Shown here in pieces: positions 30,566 through 43,617 of a stretch of 64,000 nt of DNA. The notes below the pieces were generated by a model, which worked only from the letters and a program-made list of their open reading frames with translations, did not search any database and was not told where the DNA came from. This DNA comes from Mytilus californianus (lineage: Eukaryota). The stretch is from the NCBI RefSeq assembly GCF_021869535.1, contig NW_026262690.1:110794001-110858000 (forward strand), read 5' to 3'. The translations under genes were made by a program, and so were the position numbers. Each line of letters starts with the position of its first letter. Positions within the stretch are counted from its first letter, which is position 1.

Positions 30566-31144
30566 GGTCCCTCATTGCATTGTATCGGAAAACCAAAAGA
30601 TGAATTGTCCCAAAACGGCCCTTATACACTATTAATGAAAGGAACTTGATAATAAGTGTGTAATCAACACTTGTTTATGCTCAAGGCATTGATTCTCGAG
30701 AAGACAAAAACGAAATCATATCTTAAGTTATCTAGTGTATAGTAAAATACTGAAACGTATTTAGGACAGGAAGTTTGAACTATATTTCTCTGCATGTGAA
30801 TTAAACAGCAGGTGTTGAAATTTTCACTTGCATCGTCTCCAGAGATTCTATTCAAACAATAGGCAAAGGGAGCAATATTTCAAAATTATATTTCCCACTT
30901 TTCAATAATATGCGGACAACACTGGCGCAGAGAAATTCAGAGTTGTCGCTTTTTTATGATTTATGATAGGATAAAAAGAAAAAGAAAATTGCCTTAATAC
31001 TTATATTTATAAAAGCAAATGTATTGTATGATATTTAAATATTTCTGGACTTGCATACCTTTCTCCATCGTAGATGTACTTGTATCAAAATAAATAAAGT
31101 TTGCTTAATTTTGTTTTTTAATATTCTTGTTTTAATCATTACAG

Positions 31145-31278
31145 GGTTGTAATAGGAGCTATAAAGGCAAATTTTACAAACGACCAAAATATAAAGACAC
31201 CAGGCAATATATTTAAGTATAAACTGAACTTTACCCAACCCACACAAGATTGTGAACCATTGAACATCAGAACTAATG
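31145..31278 (+). CDS. Integrin alpha coding exon 2
   Basis: ag|G GTT GTA ATA GGA GCT = (W)VVIGAIKANFT..PGNIFKYKLNFTQPTQDCEPLNIRTN; phase 2 to phase 1. Confidence 0.88.
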
Positions 31279-31289
31279 GTAATTAAGCA

Positions 31290-32830
31290 ATGACACAGGA
31301 CGTGAGCGTGAGTAAACCAATGACCATCAAAACTATTGGTACATAGAACTTATTCGGATGAGTATAAACTAATGAATACCAGAACAAATGGTAGGTAAAT
31401 AGAAACCACACAGAATGAGTGTAAGCCAATGAACGTGAACACAAATGGTAGGTAAATATGATTCATACAGGCCTAGTGTGAACCAATTAACATCAGAACA
31501 AATGATAGGTAAATAATGTTGGACGAGTGTGAACCAACGAACCTCAGAACAAATGTTTGGAAAACATAAATCACAAACGGCTGAGTGTAAACAAATGAAC
31601 ATCAGAACAAACTGTAGGTAAATAGAATGGTAGGTACATTTGTAAAAAGAATCAATTGTGTGCGCAAATGGGCATCCTAACAAATATATGGTACATAGAA
31701 ACCACACAGGATGAGTATGAACCAACTAACATGAGCACAATTGGTAGGTTAATAGGATTGACTGATTGAATGATTGGTGTTAAACGCCACTTTCAACACT
31801 ATTGTGCTATGTCGTGGGTCAGTTTTTATTGGATAAGGATTCCAAAGTACCGGGAAAGAACCACCGACCTTCGGTAGGAAAACTGACAATCCTTGTCAAT
31901 TAAGATTGGAGTCGAGTGCACCTGCAACGTGGTCAATAGGATCCATACAGGCTAAGTGTGCACCAATTAACATGAGCACAAATGGTAGGCAAATAGATTC
32001 ATACATGATAAGTCTGAACCAATTAACAGGAACACAAATGGTAGTCAAATAGGATCCATACATGTTAAGTGTGAATCAATAAATATGAGAACAAATGGGA
32101 GGCAAATAGGATCCATACATGTTAAGTGTGAATCAATAAATATGAGCACAAATGGGAGGCAAATAGGATCTATACAGGCTAAGTGTGAAGCATTTAACAT
32201 AAGCAAAAATGGTAGGTAAATGGAAATCATACAGGTTAACTGTGAAGCATTTAACATGAGCACAAATGGTAGGTAAATGGGATCCATACAGGGTATGTGT
32301 GAAGCATTTAACATAAGCACAAATGGTAGGCAAATGGGATCCATACAGCGTAAGTGTGAACCAATTAACATGAGCACCAATGGTAGGTAAATAGAAACCA
32401 TGCATGATGAATGTGAACTAATGAACACCAGAACAAATGACAGGTAATTAGAAACTACGCAGGATGAGTGGGAAACAATGAGCATCAAACCAAATGAAAG
32501 GTAAAAAAATACACGCAGGATGGATGTAAACCAATGAACATCAGAACAAATTGTAGGTTAGTATAATCCATGCAGGATAAATGTGACCCAATGAACGTGA
32601 GCACAAATGGTAGGTAAATAATATTTATACAGGATAATTTTGAACCAATGCACAACATCACAAATGGATGGTACATAGAAACTTCGCAATATGAGTTTAA
32701 ACCAATAAAGATCAGAACAAATGGTAGGTAAATAGAATCCATGCAGGATCATTGTAAACCAATGAACACCAGAACAAACATAGGTAATTAGAAACTACGT
32801 AGGTTGAGTATGAACTAATGAACATCAGGT
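31290..32830 (+). repeat. 57-bp minisatellite derived from the exon 2 3' end plus donor, ~23 copies, split by a SINE fragment (~31750-31930)
   Basis: Unit ..AGTGTGAACCAATTAACATCAGAACAAATG|GTAGGTAAATAG.. vs exon TGTGAACCATTGAACATCAGAACTAATG|GTAATT. Confidence 0.9.
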
Positions 32831-33420
32831 AGGTACAGGGGAAGTGAAGAATGATCATACTCCTTCAAAAGTCCGGAAATGTATGTCTGTGATCTGTCTG
32901 TAAAGTTTACAAACACCCGGGAAAAACAGATGAATTATTATGTTTCTAATAGACAACACATAATTGTAACTTTACGTCCTGAAAACTCAAGGTTTTGTTT
33001 GTAATGTCATTTTCAACTATTTTTGGAAAGATATTGAATTCTAATGCAATTATTTTGTATTAATTTTATGATTTTGATTGGATGACAATAAGCGTAAAAT
33101 TCTCAATCTCCCTGTCTGTAACTAAGGAAGCCGACATTTTGAATTCTGGAATGTATTGACACGTAATTTCTCCAATAATAAGCAAAACAACTCACATTTT
33201 ACACCTAGAAATCTTCTTTATATCAAATTTTATTACTTTTGAGGCGGACAAGAAGCCAGAAAACGCCAGGTGTTTACGTTTAACGCGGGAAGCATACCGA
33301 TGACGTCACCTAGTTTAGGCGCCAAAGAAGATAACATCATTTCGCGGAATTTTCGTTTGATGAAAATTTTACAATGAAATAATGACTAAAATTGATTAAT
33401 TTGTTTATTTTGCATTAGAA

Positions 33421-33533
33421 TAGAGATAACTGTATTGTATTTGAAGCTTTGCATCGCAAGGTAAACTCAATTTGCGACAGTAAAACTACCGATGGACGTC
33501 AGCAAAGCTTCAAATACAATACAGTTATCTCTT
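33421..33533. mobile_element. Small hairpin MITE
   Basis: Perfect 30-bp inverted repeat AGAGATAACTGTATTGTATTTGAAGCTTTG (33422-33451) / 33503-33532. Confidence 0.8.
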
Positions 33534-33963
33534 AAATCTCCTAATAACTTCATATTATCAATCCTTAAGAGTCTGGAATTTAGTTGTAAATTCAATTTAT
33601 GAAATGATTTAAGAAACTCTAAGTGTACATGTAAAACTGCCGTTTTGAGAATTTTAGTAAAGATTGATAAACTTTGACCATCATGACTATTGTACGAATA
33701 ACATGAATAAATTCATTGGCGAATGCTCGATTTAACTATTATGCAGAACAAAATGTGTCTTGTAAATATTGTATATATGGAAGGCTGTTGCAAAGTTTTA
33801 TTTTAAAAAAACCTAACGAAATCTGTATTTTAATTAACTGACACTTACCAGAGGCTTTGTTATTTATGAATCAAAAGTTTTAATGAGATATGTCTTAAAC
33901 AATCAAATCCTACACACATGAGACTTCCGTGAAATGTTGATATAGCAAACGTCAAATTCTCTA

Positions 33964-34297
33964 CAGCTTCGGTGTTCTCGTGGTAACGTGTTGGCTTCGA
34001 GTTTAGGTGTCGTGGGTTGGAACCCCGGCCGGGTCAAACCAAAGACTTTAAAATTGGTATTTGCTTCTTCTCCACTAAGCACGCGGCATTAAGTATTAAG
34101 AGCATAGACAGGTCGTCTCGGAATCGAACTAATGTGTCCGGGTAAGGTGACATGTCTTCCTGCGGACTGTTACCTTGTGAACTAGCACATTAAAATCCGG
34201 CTCAGCGTGTCGGTCTAGTATAAAGCAGGGTAAATATTCATATTTACGTTAACATGCTCTCGTCCTGAATATGCATATTAATTAGCCGCTGGACGTT

Positions 34298-34352
<55 letters not shown>
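33964..34352 (+). mobile_element. tRNA-derived Meta-SINE with (ATC)n tail
   Basis: tRNA-like head (GGTTGGAACCCCGGCCGGGTC), central CCAAAGACTTTAAAATTGGTATTTGCTTCTTCTCCACTAAGCACGCGGCATTAAG matching the MetaSINE domain, (ATC)~18 at 34299-34352. Confidence 0.8.
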
Positions 34353-35369
34353 TAAACCACCTTGAAAATCCTAAAATTGTGAGTGTAACCTAATGAATGG
34401 TTTTCTGATCAAAATCATAAAGCATTTTTGGTACTTCATATGTTTGTTGCATGATTTATAAAGGAAGTATTTTAAGTTATTATGTTCATTCCGTAGTGTA
34501 TTTATATTGTTTAATTTGTATGAGATTTATGACCAGTTATATTATTAACAAAACGTAGTAGCAAACAGGAAGCAGTGGTTAGACATTTTCTAAATGAAAA
34601 AAGGGATTACTTATAAGTTATTTAATAATCAGATATTTTCACCAGTATAGTTGCATTGTAGTCATAACCTGTTCTGAATTTATTTTACAAGTATATCGAA
34701 ATGTCATCTTGAAAAAGATACATAAAATTCAGGAAGGCCAAATTTTAAGCTACAATATTCCAAACCGTTTTAAAAAAAAGATTTTCAAATGAAAAATAGC
34801 TAACCATTAAAAAGTTATCAACTCCATGTACTTGCCTTTTCTTGGTTTTAAATTTTAAAAGGCAAGTGAAATTTAGAACCTGATACAAAAGCGACATATT
34901 GGAATTATTTGGAACTTAACAAATTATTATTAAACTAATCATTGGGTTATGTTAACTGTCGTTTGTCTCTTAGTCGTTTTTTACATGGTATTGTTGGTTT
35001 TTCTTCAACCTATGATTGTTAGTTGTCCTTTTAGTGTCTTCTCCCTTTTTTTAAACGTTGAGCGTTTTGAAAATATCAAACTGAATGGAGACTTTCTTTT
35101 TATTCTTAGAATCGTAATTTTTTTGTTATGTATGTGTACAGTTGTTAGAAAATAGTAGAGAAGAAACCAAATAATAGAAAACTTTGATAATTTCGTCCGT
35201 CCAAAGAGCTTTACGAGATTTACCTTCATCAGGAAAACTGATCTAAATATTTTTATGTTTGGTATGTATAAACATGTAATAGAGTTAGAAGCTAAGTGAC
35301 CGAAAGGACATCAAAAGAATTTCAAATTCATCATGGTCAACTTTCAACTTTCCCCTAGGGATTTGGAGC

Positions 35370-37900
35370 CTTATTGCTTACATGTTTTATTCCTACCAAG
35401 TACTTATTTATGAATTATTACAATATAACAGAGCTTAAAATAGCTACGATAATTTGAAAATATGAGGTTTATAGGGGGAGGGGGTCAGTTTTCCAAGGAT
35501 GAGAAAAACATTTGAAAAATATTTTCTTACATGTTTTATTCCTACCAAGTACTTATTAATGCATTATATCTACATAACATAACTGGAATATATATGACAA
35601 TTTAAAAATCTGAAGTCTATAGGGGAGGGGGTTCAGTTTTCTATGGTAGTGGGCTCAATTTTCCATGGCTGAGTAAAAAAATAAAAACTTTTCTTACATG
35701 TTTTATTCCTACCCAGTACTTATTTGTGCACTATTACAATATAACAAAGCTGGAATAGCTATGACCAGTTGAAAATTTGTGGTCAATAGGGTGTTCCGAT
35801 TTCCATGGTAGGGGGTTCAATTTTCTATTGCTGAGTACATATTTTGTTTTAAATTTTCTTACATGTTTTATTCTTTCCAAGTACTTATCAATGCATCATA
35901 ACTACCTAACCTAGCTGGAATATTTATGACAATTTGAAAATCTGAGGTCTATAGGAGGGGGTTCAGTTTTCATGGCTTAGTAAATTTGTTTAATTTTCTT
36001 ACATGTTTATTCCTACCAAGTACTTATTTATGCATTATTACTATATAACATGGCTGGAATATCTATGATAATTTAAAAAATCTGAGGTCAATAAGGGGGT
36101 GGGGGGTCAGTGTTCCATGGTAGGGGGTACAATTTTCCATGCCTGAGTAAAAAAAAATTATTTGTTTTACATGTTTTAATCCTTCAAAGTACTTATCAAT
36201 GCATAAATACTACATAGCATGAATAGTTATGGTAATTTCAAAATCGTTAGTCTATATATAGGGGGGTAGTTTTCCATGCTAAGGGGTTCAATTTTCCATG
36301 GCTGAGTAAAAAAAAATAAAGATTTTCTTACATATTTTTTTCTACCAAGTACTTATTTATGTTTTATAACTACATAACATAGCTTGAATAGTTATGACAA
36401 TTTGAAAATCTGAGGTCTACAGGGAGGTTCAGCTTTTAATGGTAGGGGGTCCAATTTTCCATGGCTGAGTCAAAAAAAATTTAAAAATATTTTCTAGCAT
36501 GTTTTGTTCCTATCAAGTACTTATTTATGCATTATTACGATATAACAAAGCTTGAATAGCTATGACAATTTGAAAATCTGAGGTCTACAGGGGGACGGGG
36601 TTCGATTTTTGTATGGCTGAGTAAAAAAAAAATATTTTCTATGTTATATAGTAATAATGAATTAAAAAGTACTTGGTAGGAATAAAACATTTCACGAAAT
36701 TATTTATAAAATTTTTTATCATCCATGGAAAATTGAACACCCTACCATGGAAAACTGAACCCCTCATATAAACCCCAGTTTTCAAATTGTCATAGCTATT
36801 CCAGCTTTTTTTATATAGCAATAATGCATTGATAAGTGTTTGGTATGAATAAAACGTCTAAGAAAGTATTTTTTTAATTTTTTACTTATCGTTGGAAAAT
36901 TGAACCCCCTACCATTGACAACTAAACCCGCCCTATAGGCCTCAGATTTACCAATAGTCATTTATTTCAGCAAAGTTATATAGTAATTGTGCATTAAAAA
37001 TTACTGAGTAGGAATAAAACATGTTAGAAAATATGTATATTAAAATCGTTTTACTCAGCCATGGAACACCCCCAAAAGACATCAGATTTCCAAATTGACA
37101 TAGCTATCATAGCTATTCCAGCTTTGTTACAAAGTTTTAATGCATTAAAAAGTACTTGGTAGAAATAAAATATGTTAGATAATATCTAAAAAAAATTTTT
37201 ATTCTGCCATGGAAAATTGTACCCCCAACCATGAAAAACTGACCCCCCCCCCCCCCTTTTATAGACCTCTTTTAGCTAACTTGTATAGTAATAATGATTT
37301 AAGAAAGACTTGTTAGGAATAAAACATATTCTAAAATATTTTAATTTTTTTACTCGGCCATGGAAAACTGAAACCCCCCATAGACCTCATATTTTCAAAT
37401 TGTCATAGCTATTCCAGCTATGTTATATAGTAATAATGCATAAATAAGAACTTGATAGGAGTAATACACGATAAAAAAGATTTTTAAACATTTTTACTCA
37501 GCCATGGAAAATTGAACCCCCTACCATGGAAAACTAAATTCTTTCCTATAGACCTCAGAATTTTCAAATTGTCATAGCTATTCCAGCTATATTAGTAATA
37601 ATGCGCTCATAAGTGTTTGGTATGAATACACATCTTAGAAATAATGTTGAAACATGTTTATTTAGCCATGAAAAATTGAACCCCATCCCCTATTAGATAT
37701 CAGAATTTCAATTTATAACATTATTCTATAACAACTTATACAATTATATAATGTTCCAATAAGTGTTATATATAAATAGACAGGGTTTCAGTTTTCCATG
37801 GCGGTTCAATTTTCTATACAGCAGGGGTTCAATTTCCCGCTATGGAAAGTTGACCCCGGGGTCAATTTTCCATGGGGTTCAATTTTCCATATGACACCGG
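35370..37900. mobile_element. Satellite-bearing element: ~165-bp units in two oppositely oriented arms, HINE-like right terminus
   Basis: ~8 direct units (TTACATGTTTTATTCC at 35378, 35527, 35694, 35859, 35999, 36167, 36328, 36496); orientation flips at ~36640; terminal palindrome TTGACCCCGGGGTCAA (37850-37865), end ATGACACCGG|TT. Confidence 0.75.
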
Positions 37901-38371
37901 TTCTAGTAAATAAAAATAACACTTACTTCAATTCTTTAGTCCGAAGCGCTTTTCTGGAATAAACATCATCAGGAACGATCAAGCGTTAATATTTGAAATC
38001 CATGGATATATACATACTAACATTAGAGGCTAAGTGACCAAAAGGGACCGAAAAGAATAGTCAAATATCTATTGTGATCAATTTTGCCTGAGGCAGAGAG
38101 CACTTTACTATTTGATCATTTCTGGATTTATCAATGGGGTATTGGTTTAAGAAAGGTTTGCCATAAATCATGTCAGTACCTGAGCCGAACTTGTTCAACA
38201 CATCCTTGATAAGCCAACACTGTTTATTAGCTTTCCTCGGCAACCGACCGACTCACCTAATCATATCACAACCGGCTATGACTCAAACATATCTTTATAG
38301 ACACATGCAATTATTAAACGTGTTGTTTTCAATTTTTTATAGCTTATTAAACCCCTCTATACTGAGACTAG

Positions 38372-39805
38372 TATATAATAGCCACAAAAACAAAAAGAAA
38401 CGATTCCCAATCCTTTTACATACAAATTTTTATTACAAAAATAATATTAATTGCCACAAGCTATATGTTCGAAAACAGCCATCAGTCTGTATGTTACTGT
38501 ATTTTTGTTTTTGTCTTACCGGAAAATAACGTCACTTTTGTGTACTGTTGAATTTTGAGCCGAATGACATTTATGTCGTCCGAACGCGAGTATTGAATTT
38601 AATAAGGGTAATTGAATATCCGGAAAACACAGATAAACAAAAGGTGATTGAAAGTGACATCCATAAAAGCCGGTTTCATATGCCTCGTCTGCGCCAAAAT
38701 GAGCGTGATAGAACAGAGGGAATGGTACGAGCAGGTATGCGTCATATTTCCAAATTGACAATGACACGAATAATGAGTCGTTTAAGACAGACTGGTTTCT
38801 CCAAATGATAGACCATATAATGAACGTCCAAGAGAAACGACGTTACGTCAAGACCGTCGAAAAGATTCACTCATCTTAGGGATCTGTTTTTGCAAACTAC
38901 AATTACTGCAAGAAAAACATAAGGTAGGCATTATCCAATAATATCCGCCAAAACTGTTTGTAATAGGCTAAGAGAGGTTGGTTTAAGTTCACGACGTCCA
39001 GTAGTAGGGGCCATTCTTAAACGCCCACGTTGGGCAAACACACGTTTGTATTGGAACCGTGTTAGGCGACAAAACGTCATCTGTAGTGATGAGTCAAGAT
39101 TTCGGTTACGTAGAAGTGATGGCAGAATGAGAGTTTACAGACGCCAAAATGAACGTTGTGGTGGTGGTGTGATGATTTGTGCAGGAATCACGCAGTGTGG
39201 ACGCAATGACTTGAAGTTTGTCAATGGAAGTCTAACTGGAGTTCGTTATCATGACGAAATTCTCTCTCCAATTTTCCAACTTTTCATTGCAAAACATGGA
39301 AATCGTAATACTTTTCAACAGGACAATGCTAGGTACCACGTGACACGTGTATACACACAATATATTGGGCAGAATAACATTGACATTCTTCCATGGCCAG
39401 CTTTATCGCCAGATCTATCACCCATCGAACATTTATGGGATGAACACGTTATCAGCCACCAGAGTCAGTCAATCAGCTAGGAGCCGTCTTGCTGGAAGAG
39501 TGGAATAACATTCCACAAGCATTTATTCAACGCTTAATTGGATATATACGTCGTAGATTGAGTGCTGTTATCAACGCAAGAGGTGGTCATACGCGTTAAT
39601 AACTCTTCAACTTTTGGGTTCGACAACGACATCTTCAAACAGTCCGTGCAATAAGGAAAATTAATTGTGATCCGTTTATTTGTTTAGTTTGTATGCTTTT
39701 ATGTTATTTTTCTATAAAATACAAAACTAAAATAACATTGGTGAAAAATAAAATGAATATTTTTTATAAAATCTGGGTATCGTTTCGTTTTGCGGCTAGT
39801 AATTA
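38372..39805 (+). mobile_element. Decayed Tc1-family transposon (DD34E transposase pseudogene, ATG 38680 to ~39599)
   Basis: MPRL..; SDESRF; QQDNARYH..WPALSPDLSPIEHLW with exactly 34 residues between D and E; frameshifts, stops and internal deletions; degenerate TIRs (GCCACAAAA..GAAACGATTCCCA / TGGGTATCGTTTCGTTTTGCGGC). Confidence 0.92.
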
Positions 39806-40110
39806 CCAGCTACTGTTAACAGTTTATAATTAAACGTTGGCAGTCATTTTAAGAAGTACAACCCCAAGCTAAAATAAACATCATCTCATCATAACATATT
39901 ACAAACTAATATTATTAACGTTCACATCTCCCCCTCCCCCCCCCAGTTTTTAAGGTTCATTTGTGAAATATTTGAGAGTAATGCTGCGGTAAAAAGTATA
40001 ACAAAAATACCGAACTCCAAGGTAAATTAAAAAAGGCAAGTCCATAAAAACAGACAAAATCAAACGTTATCAACCAATTGATTTCTTCCAACAAATTATA
40101 TACTTTACAG

Positions 40111-40199
40111 ATAATAGAAGATGGCCAGACCTCCCTGGGTACGAGGAAGATAACGAATTACTTGGAGCTGCAATGTCTATTTTTGATGACACCATAATT
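40111..40199 (+). CDS. Integrin alpha coding exon 3
   Basis: (D)NRRWPDLPGYEEDNELLGAAMSIFDDTII; TTTACAG / GTAAGT; phase 1 to 0. Confidence 0.9.
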
Positions 40200-40954
40200 G
40201 TAAGTAAACCGCAGTTACCAAACATTGTCTTAAGAAAGTTATATTTTTCTTAATCTCGGTTGGCTTTTTATTTGACTATGTTGTTGTAAATATGCCACAA
40301 TTAGACAACATTGTAAATAGCATAAACATCAAACCTGGACATATGTTGTACATAATGTTCCATTAACTCACTCAAAAATTTCACCCCAACACTCCACTCC
40401 ATTCCAAAAAATACATTATGCCAATACTCCACTCCAGTACGCCAATCCATAAAATGCATCTTACCATTATATAAATCTAATTCACTATTTCAAGAAGCAC
40501 AACACTCTTCCTTTATTTATTTAAATTCTGCTAAGTTCAGAATGATTGCGATGGCTATGGACATGGATTAAAACAGACTTTTTACCTATGACAACTTCTT
40601 CTAATCTGGAAAAATCCTGAACAGGATTTAACATAAAAAGGAGGATATAATCTCCCGTCGCAAATGAGTTGAGACACATATATATCGTACCGGTCAACCA
40701 ATTTGGGATGTTGTTTAGAGTCGATTTAAGTCGTTCTTCTTCACAACTTTGTTGGAGAATGTTTTGTGTAAAAAGAACATCCCCGCTTATATACCGTGTG
40801 AACATGAACGTTTCAATCGGGATATTAAAAGGCAACACGATGGGGCAGAGGGGATATCACTGCTGGTAACGGAAATAGCACTTTTTCTGTATTTATCTTC
40901 ACCAGGAACGCTAAAACCTAAAATTTGAAAGCCAAGGATATGAAAATACTTAAA

Positions 40955-41270
40955 CTTGAACTTTTCATTTCTATGTAGCAACATTCCAGCAGCGCATTCA
41001 TATCGAGTATATATTTCCCAGTTGATACGATATTCCACGGCTTGCGTTTCCTATCATGATTTCCTTGATAGAGTATTGCTGCTCACAAAGAAGCTATTAC
41101 ACCAATAGTTCGAATTGGTGAAGCTAAAGTTATCCCCTCGAAAATTTCACAGACGCTATCACGAGTTGGTTGACCGTTATAATATATCTTTTTCACAGAT
41201 GACGATGGATATGTTCAAATGATTGAAATCACAATCCCGTCCTCCTTTCCCCGAATGTGACCTACCGAAA
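40955..41270 (+). mobile_element. Penelope-like element RT C-terminal fragment (decayed)
   Basis: Translates as F.FLCSNIPAAHSYRVYISQLIRYSTACVSYHDFLDRVLLLTKKLL..; resembles the PLE RT thumb region. Confidence 0.7.
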
Positions 41271-41724
41271 ATTTTTCTTGAATTTTTTACATTAAGGCGA
41301 TAACCTCATTATCTATCAACAAGGGCTAACAGGATACCTAAATAACACCTTTTACATTATTTGGTTCCATTGAAGTTGCGATGTACGTATTATATTTAAT
41401 GATACGAACCTCAAATTAATATCCATGCATAATTCATCAGCTATAACCAGTCAGTGGCATTACTTAAAAAATTAACTTTCAAAATTGTCTTTGCAAATTA
41501 TATCGTAAACGAGGCTCTATCAAACATTGCTTGTGTACTATTGAGTTACTTTTGTAAATTTCATTTATATAGGTGTCATTACATACAGATTTAACTAGCA
41601 TAAACAAATTGTTTAAAAGATATTGTTATTTTCCACAGAAGTATGAAACAATTATTGCCTTTCAGACGCACTTACACTTCATATTGACGCTTCTGGGTCA
41701 TATATTAGTCTTTTGGAAGAAAAA

Positions 41725-42130
41725 TGATTTATTGTTGGTTGCTTAAGGTCGAGCGGCAAATATTTCATGCATGTTCAGGACGAGAACAAATTAACAATAT
41801 ATGCAATAGGTATGTCTTGTAATAGATACCATCCATGATCAAGGTCGAGGAAATTTGGACTGCCATTGGAAAATGAGGGTAAATTGGATAAAGACAGAAA
41901 TTTGGCCTTCAAACAGGTCACCTATGGACCCCTCAGAGTTGTATCAAGGGTTCTTAACGTACACAGCGTGGCACTCTCTCTGCACGAGGCATCAGATTTA
42001 ACTTCTCTATTCCTACCGGACGTGACTGCGTACTTGTACATCCAGCACTGTCAAACGGACGCCCGACTTTTTGCAAGGGTTTTACTGTCAGTCAGAAGAA
42101 AACAAAAAGTGACCATTTTTCTATTCCCCA
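41725..42130 (-). mobile_element. SINE-like element sharing its 3' tail with the Meta-SINE
   Basis: 41725-41790 is the reverse complement of the TCTCGTCCTGAATATGCAT..GGACGTTAA tail at 34257-34298; body fragments also at ~11215-11340 and (opposite orientation) ~22925-23030. Confidence 0.6.
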
Positions 42131-42537
42131 GAAACCTTTGGATTTTTGTTTGGGACTATATATATATATAGATGGAAACCTGAAATTTAATTGACTTGGA
42201 AGTTATTCATAATTTGATCCCAAAACAAATACATATATTCCATATTTGATTATTTCAAATATGTATGATATCATTTTTTTTAAAATGACCTCTTAGCTGT
42301 ATATTCTTTTCAATTTTAATTTATAGAAGCTTAAATAGTCCTTGCGTCTGTTGAAATTGATAATAATAACTTGTATAAGTAGCTCCCGAGACTGATAACA
42401 GAACTCGCAGAAGACAAAAGAGTGTAAAACAACTAAATACACACTACATAAACACCATATTGTATTGCATTTTTTGTGGGATTATCATTTATTGTACTGC
42501 TTACAACTGATGTACTATATTTGCTTGTTTTTTGTAG

Positions 42538-42738
42538 GTTTGTGCTCCTCTATGGAAGGATATGATTCCTCTGAAATATGTTAAGTTTGTCTATCCTATT
42601 GGAAGGTGTTTTAACATAGATAGGAATTTGCAATCGTATACAACAAAACATTTTAAAGGCAGCCTCTTCAGGAATAAATTTACAAATCAATTAGATTACA
42701 TAGTTGCTCAGATAGGACTTTCAATATCAAACAAACAG
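42538..42738 (+). CDS. Integrin alpha coding exon 4
   Basis: VCAPLWKDMIPLKYVKFVYPIGRCFNID..IVAQIGLSISNKQ; 201 nt, phase 0-0. Confidence 0.93.
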
Positions 42739-42920
42739 GTAATGACACATGACTTACAAGAAAGCTATTTCAAACTATTGTAACCTTCGAATTTTGCCTT
42801 ATGATAAATGACCTTTAATTATCACCAGATTTGTACTTGTCATCCAAATATAATACAGTTAACATTTTATTTAGTAAATCAGAAACTGTTTGGCCCTCTG
42901 AAACACGTGGACTATCCTAA

Positions 42921-43617
42921 AAGGGGCACTAGCTGTCAAATTCATGTTCACCGATTTGACTCAAATTCTCATATTTGATTTATAACAATGTAAAACATTT
43001 ATCCAAATTATTAAACGTCTAAAATAAATAGTTAACAGGACATGGGCATGATATCACGTAGCTTCGTTTCGTGTGTATTTTAGTCTAGACGCCATCTAAT
43101 TAACTATCGAGTTGATCTCCAAAGTCATCCGATGACCATATAAGCGATGTAAACATATATAAAGATATAAATAGATTTGGCGAACTCGTGCTATTGGATT
43201 TTTCTAGGTCTGTTTAATTTCATATTATAGATTAAAAATATATGCTTATCATCGTTTTTACCTGTATAAGAATGATTTTTTGTGGATCGGATCAGTCAAT
43301 CAAATGATTTACTTTTGTTTCACTTTCAATGTTGACATTCTTTTCCTTTAAATAACTTTTCACACACAATTCACGTGTTATCCATCTCTAGCTAAGGGGT
43401 TAAATTGAAGTTCACATGAATACGGATACAATGAGGTCGAATTAATCACTTGCAAGTGAATAATTCATCATCAATGTTGTTTAGCTTATTTTGACAAAAT
43501 TGAACCATACTGGCGGCTAAAAGCGAATAATTATTTCACTATTTCATTTTCATAAATGATTGAACAAAAAAAAATCATATATTAGATTTTTTATATATCT
43601 CGTAGCTAGTGCCCCTT
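42921..43617. mobile_element. Non-autonomous Kolobok-like TIR element
   Basis: TIR AAGGGGCACTAGCT / AGCTAGTGCCCCTT; flanks CTAA and TTAA (TTAA target with one change); internal sequence related to a decayed copy at ~28370-29480. Confidence 0.7.

Noticed and set aside
31290-32830. Regularly spaced repeats as a CRISPR-like array; 147-aa hydrophobic ORF 32045-32488
   Set aside because: Eukaryotic context, no unique spacers and no cas genes; the ORF is the antisense reading of the 57-bp unit
33964-34040. tRNA-like sequences here and at ~10480-10549 and ~54800-54880
   Set aside because: A/B boxes are followed by SINE bodies and tails; no complete cloverleaf, so these are SINE heads rather than tRNA genes
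40521-40838. 105-aa minus-strand ORF in integrin intron 3
   Set aside because: No recognisable domain or splice support
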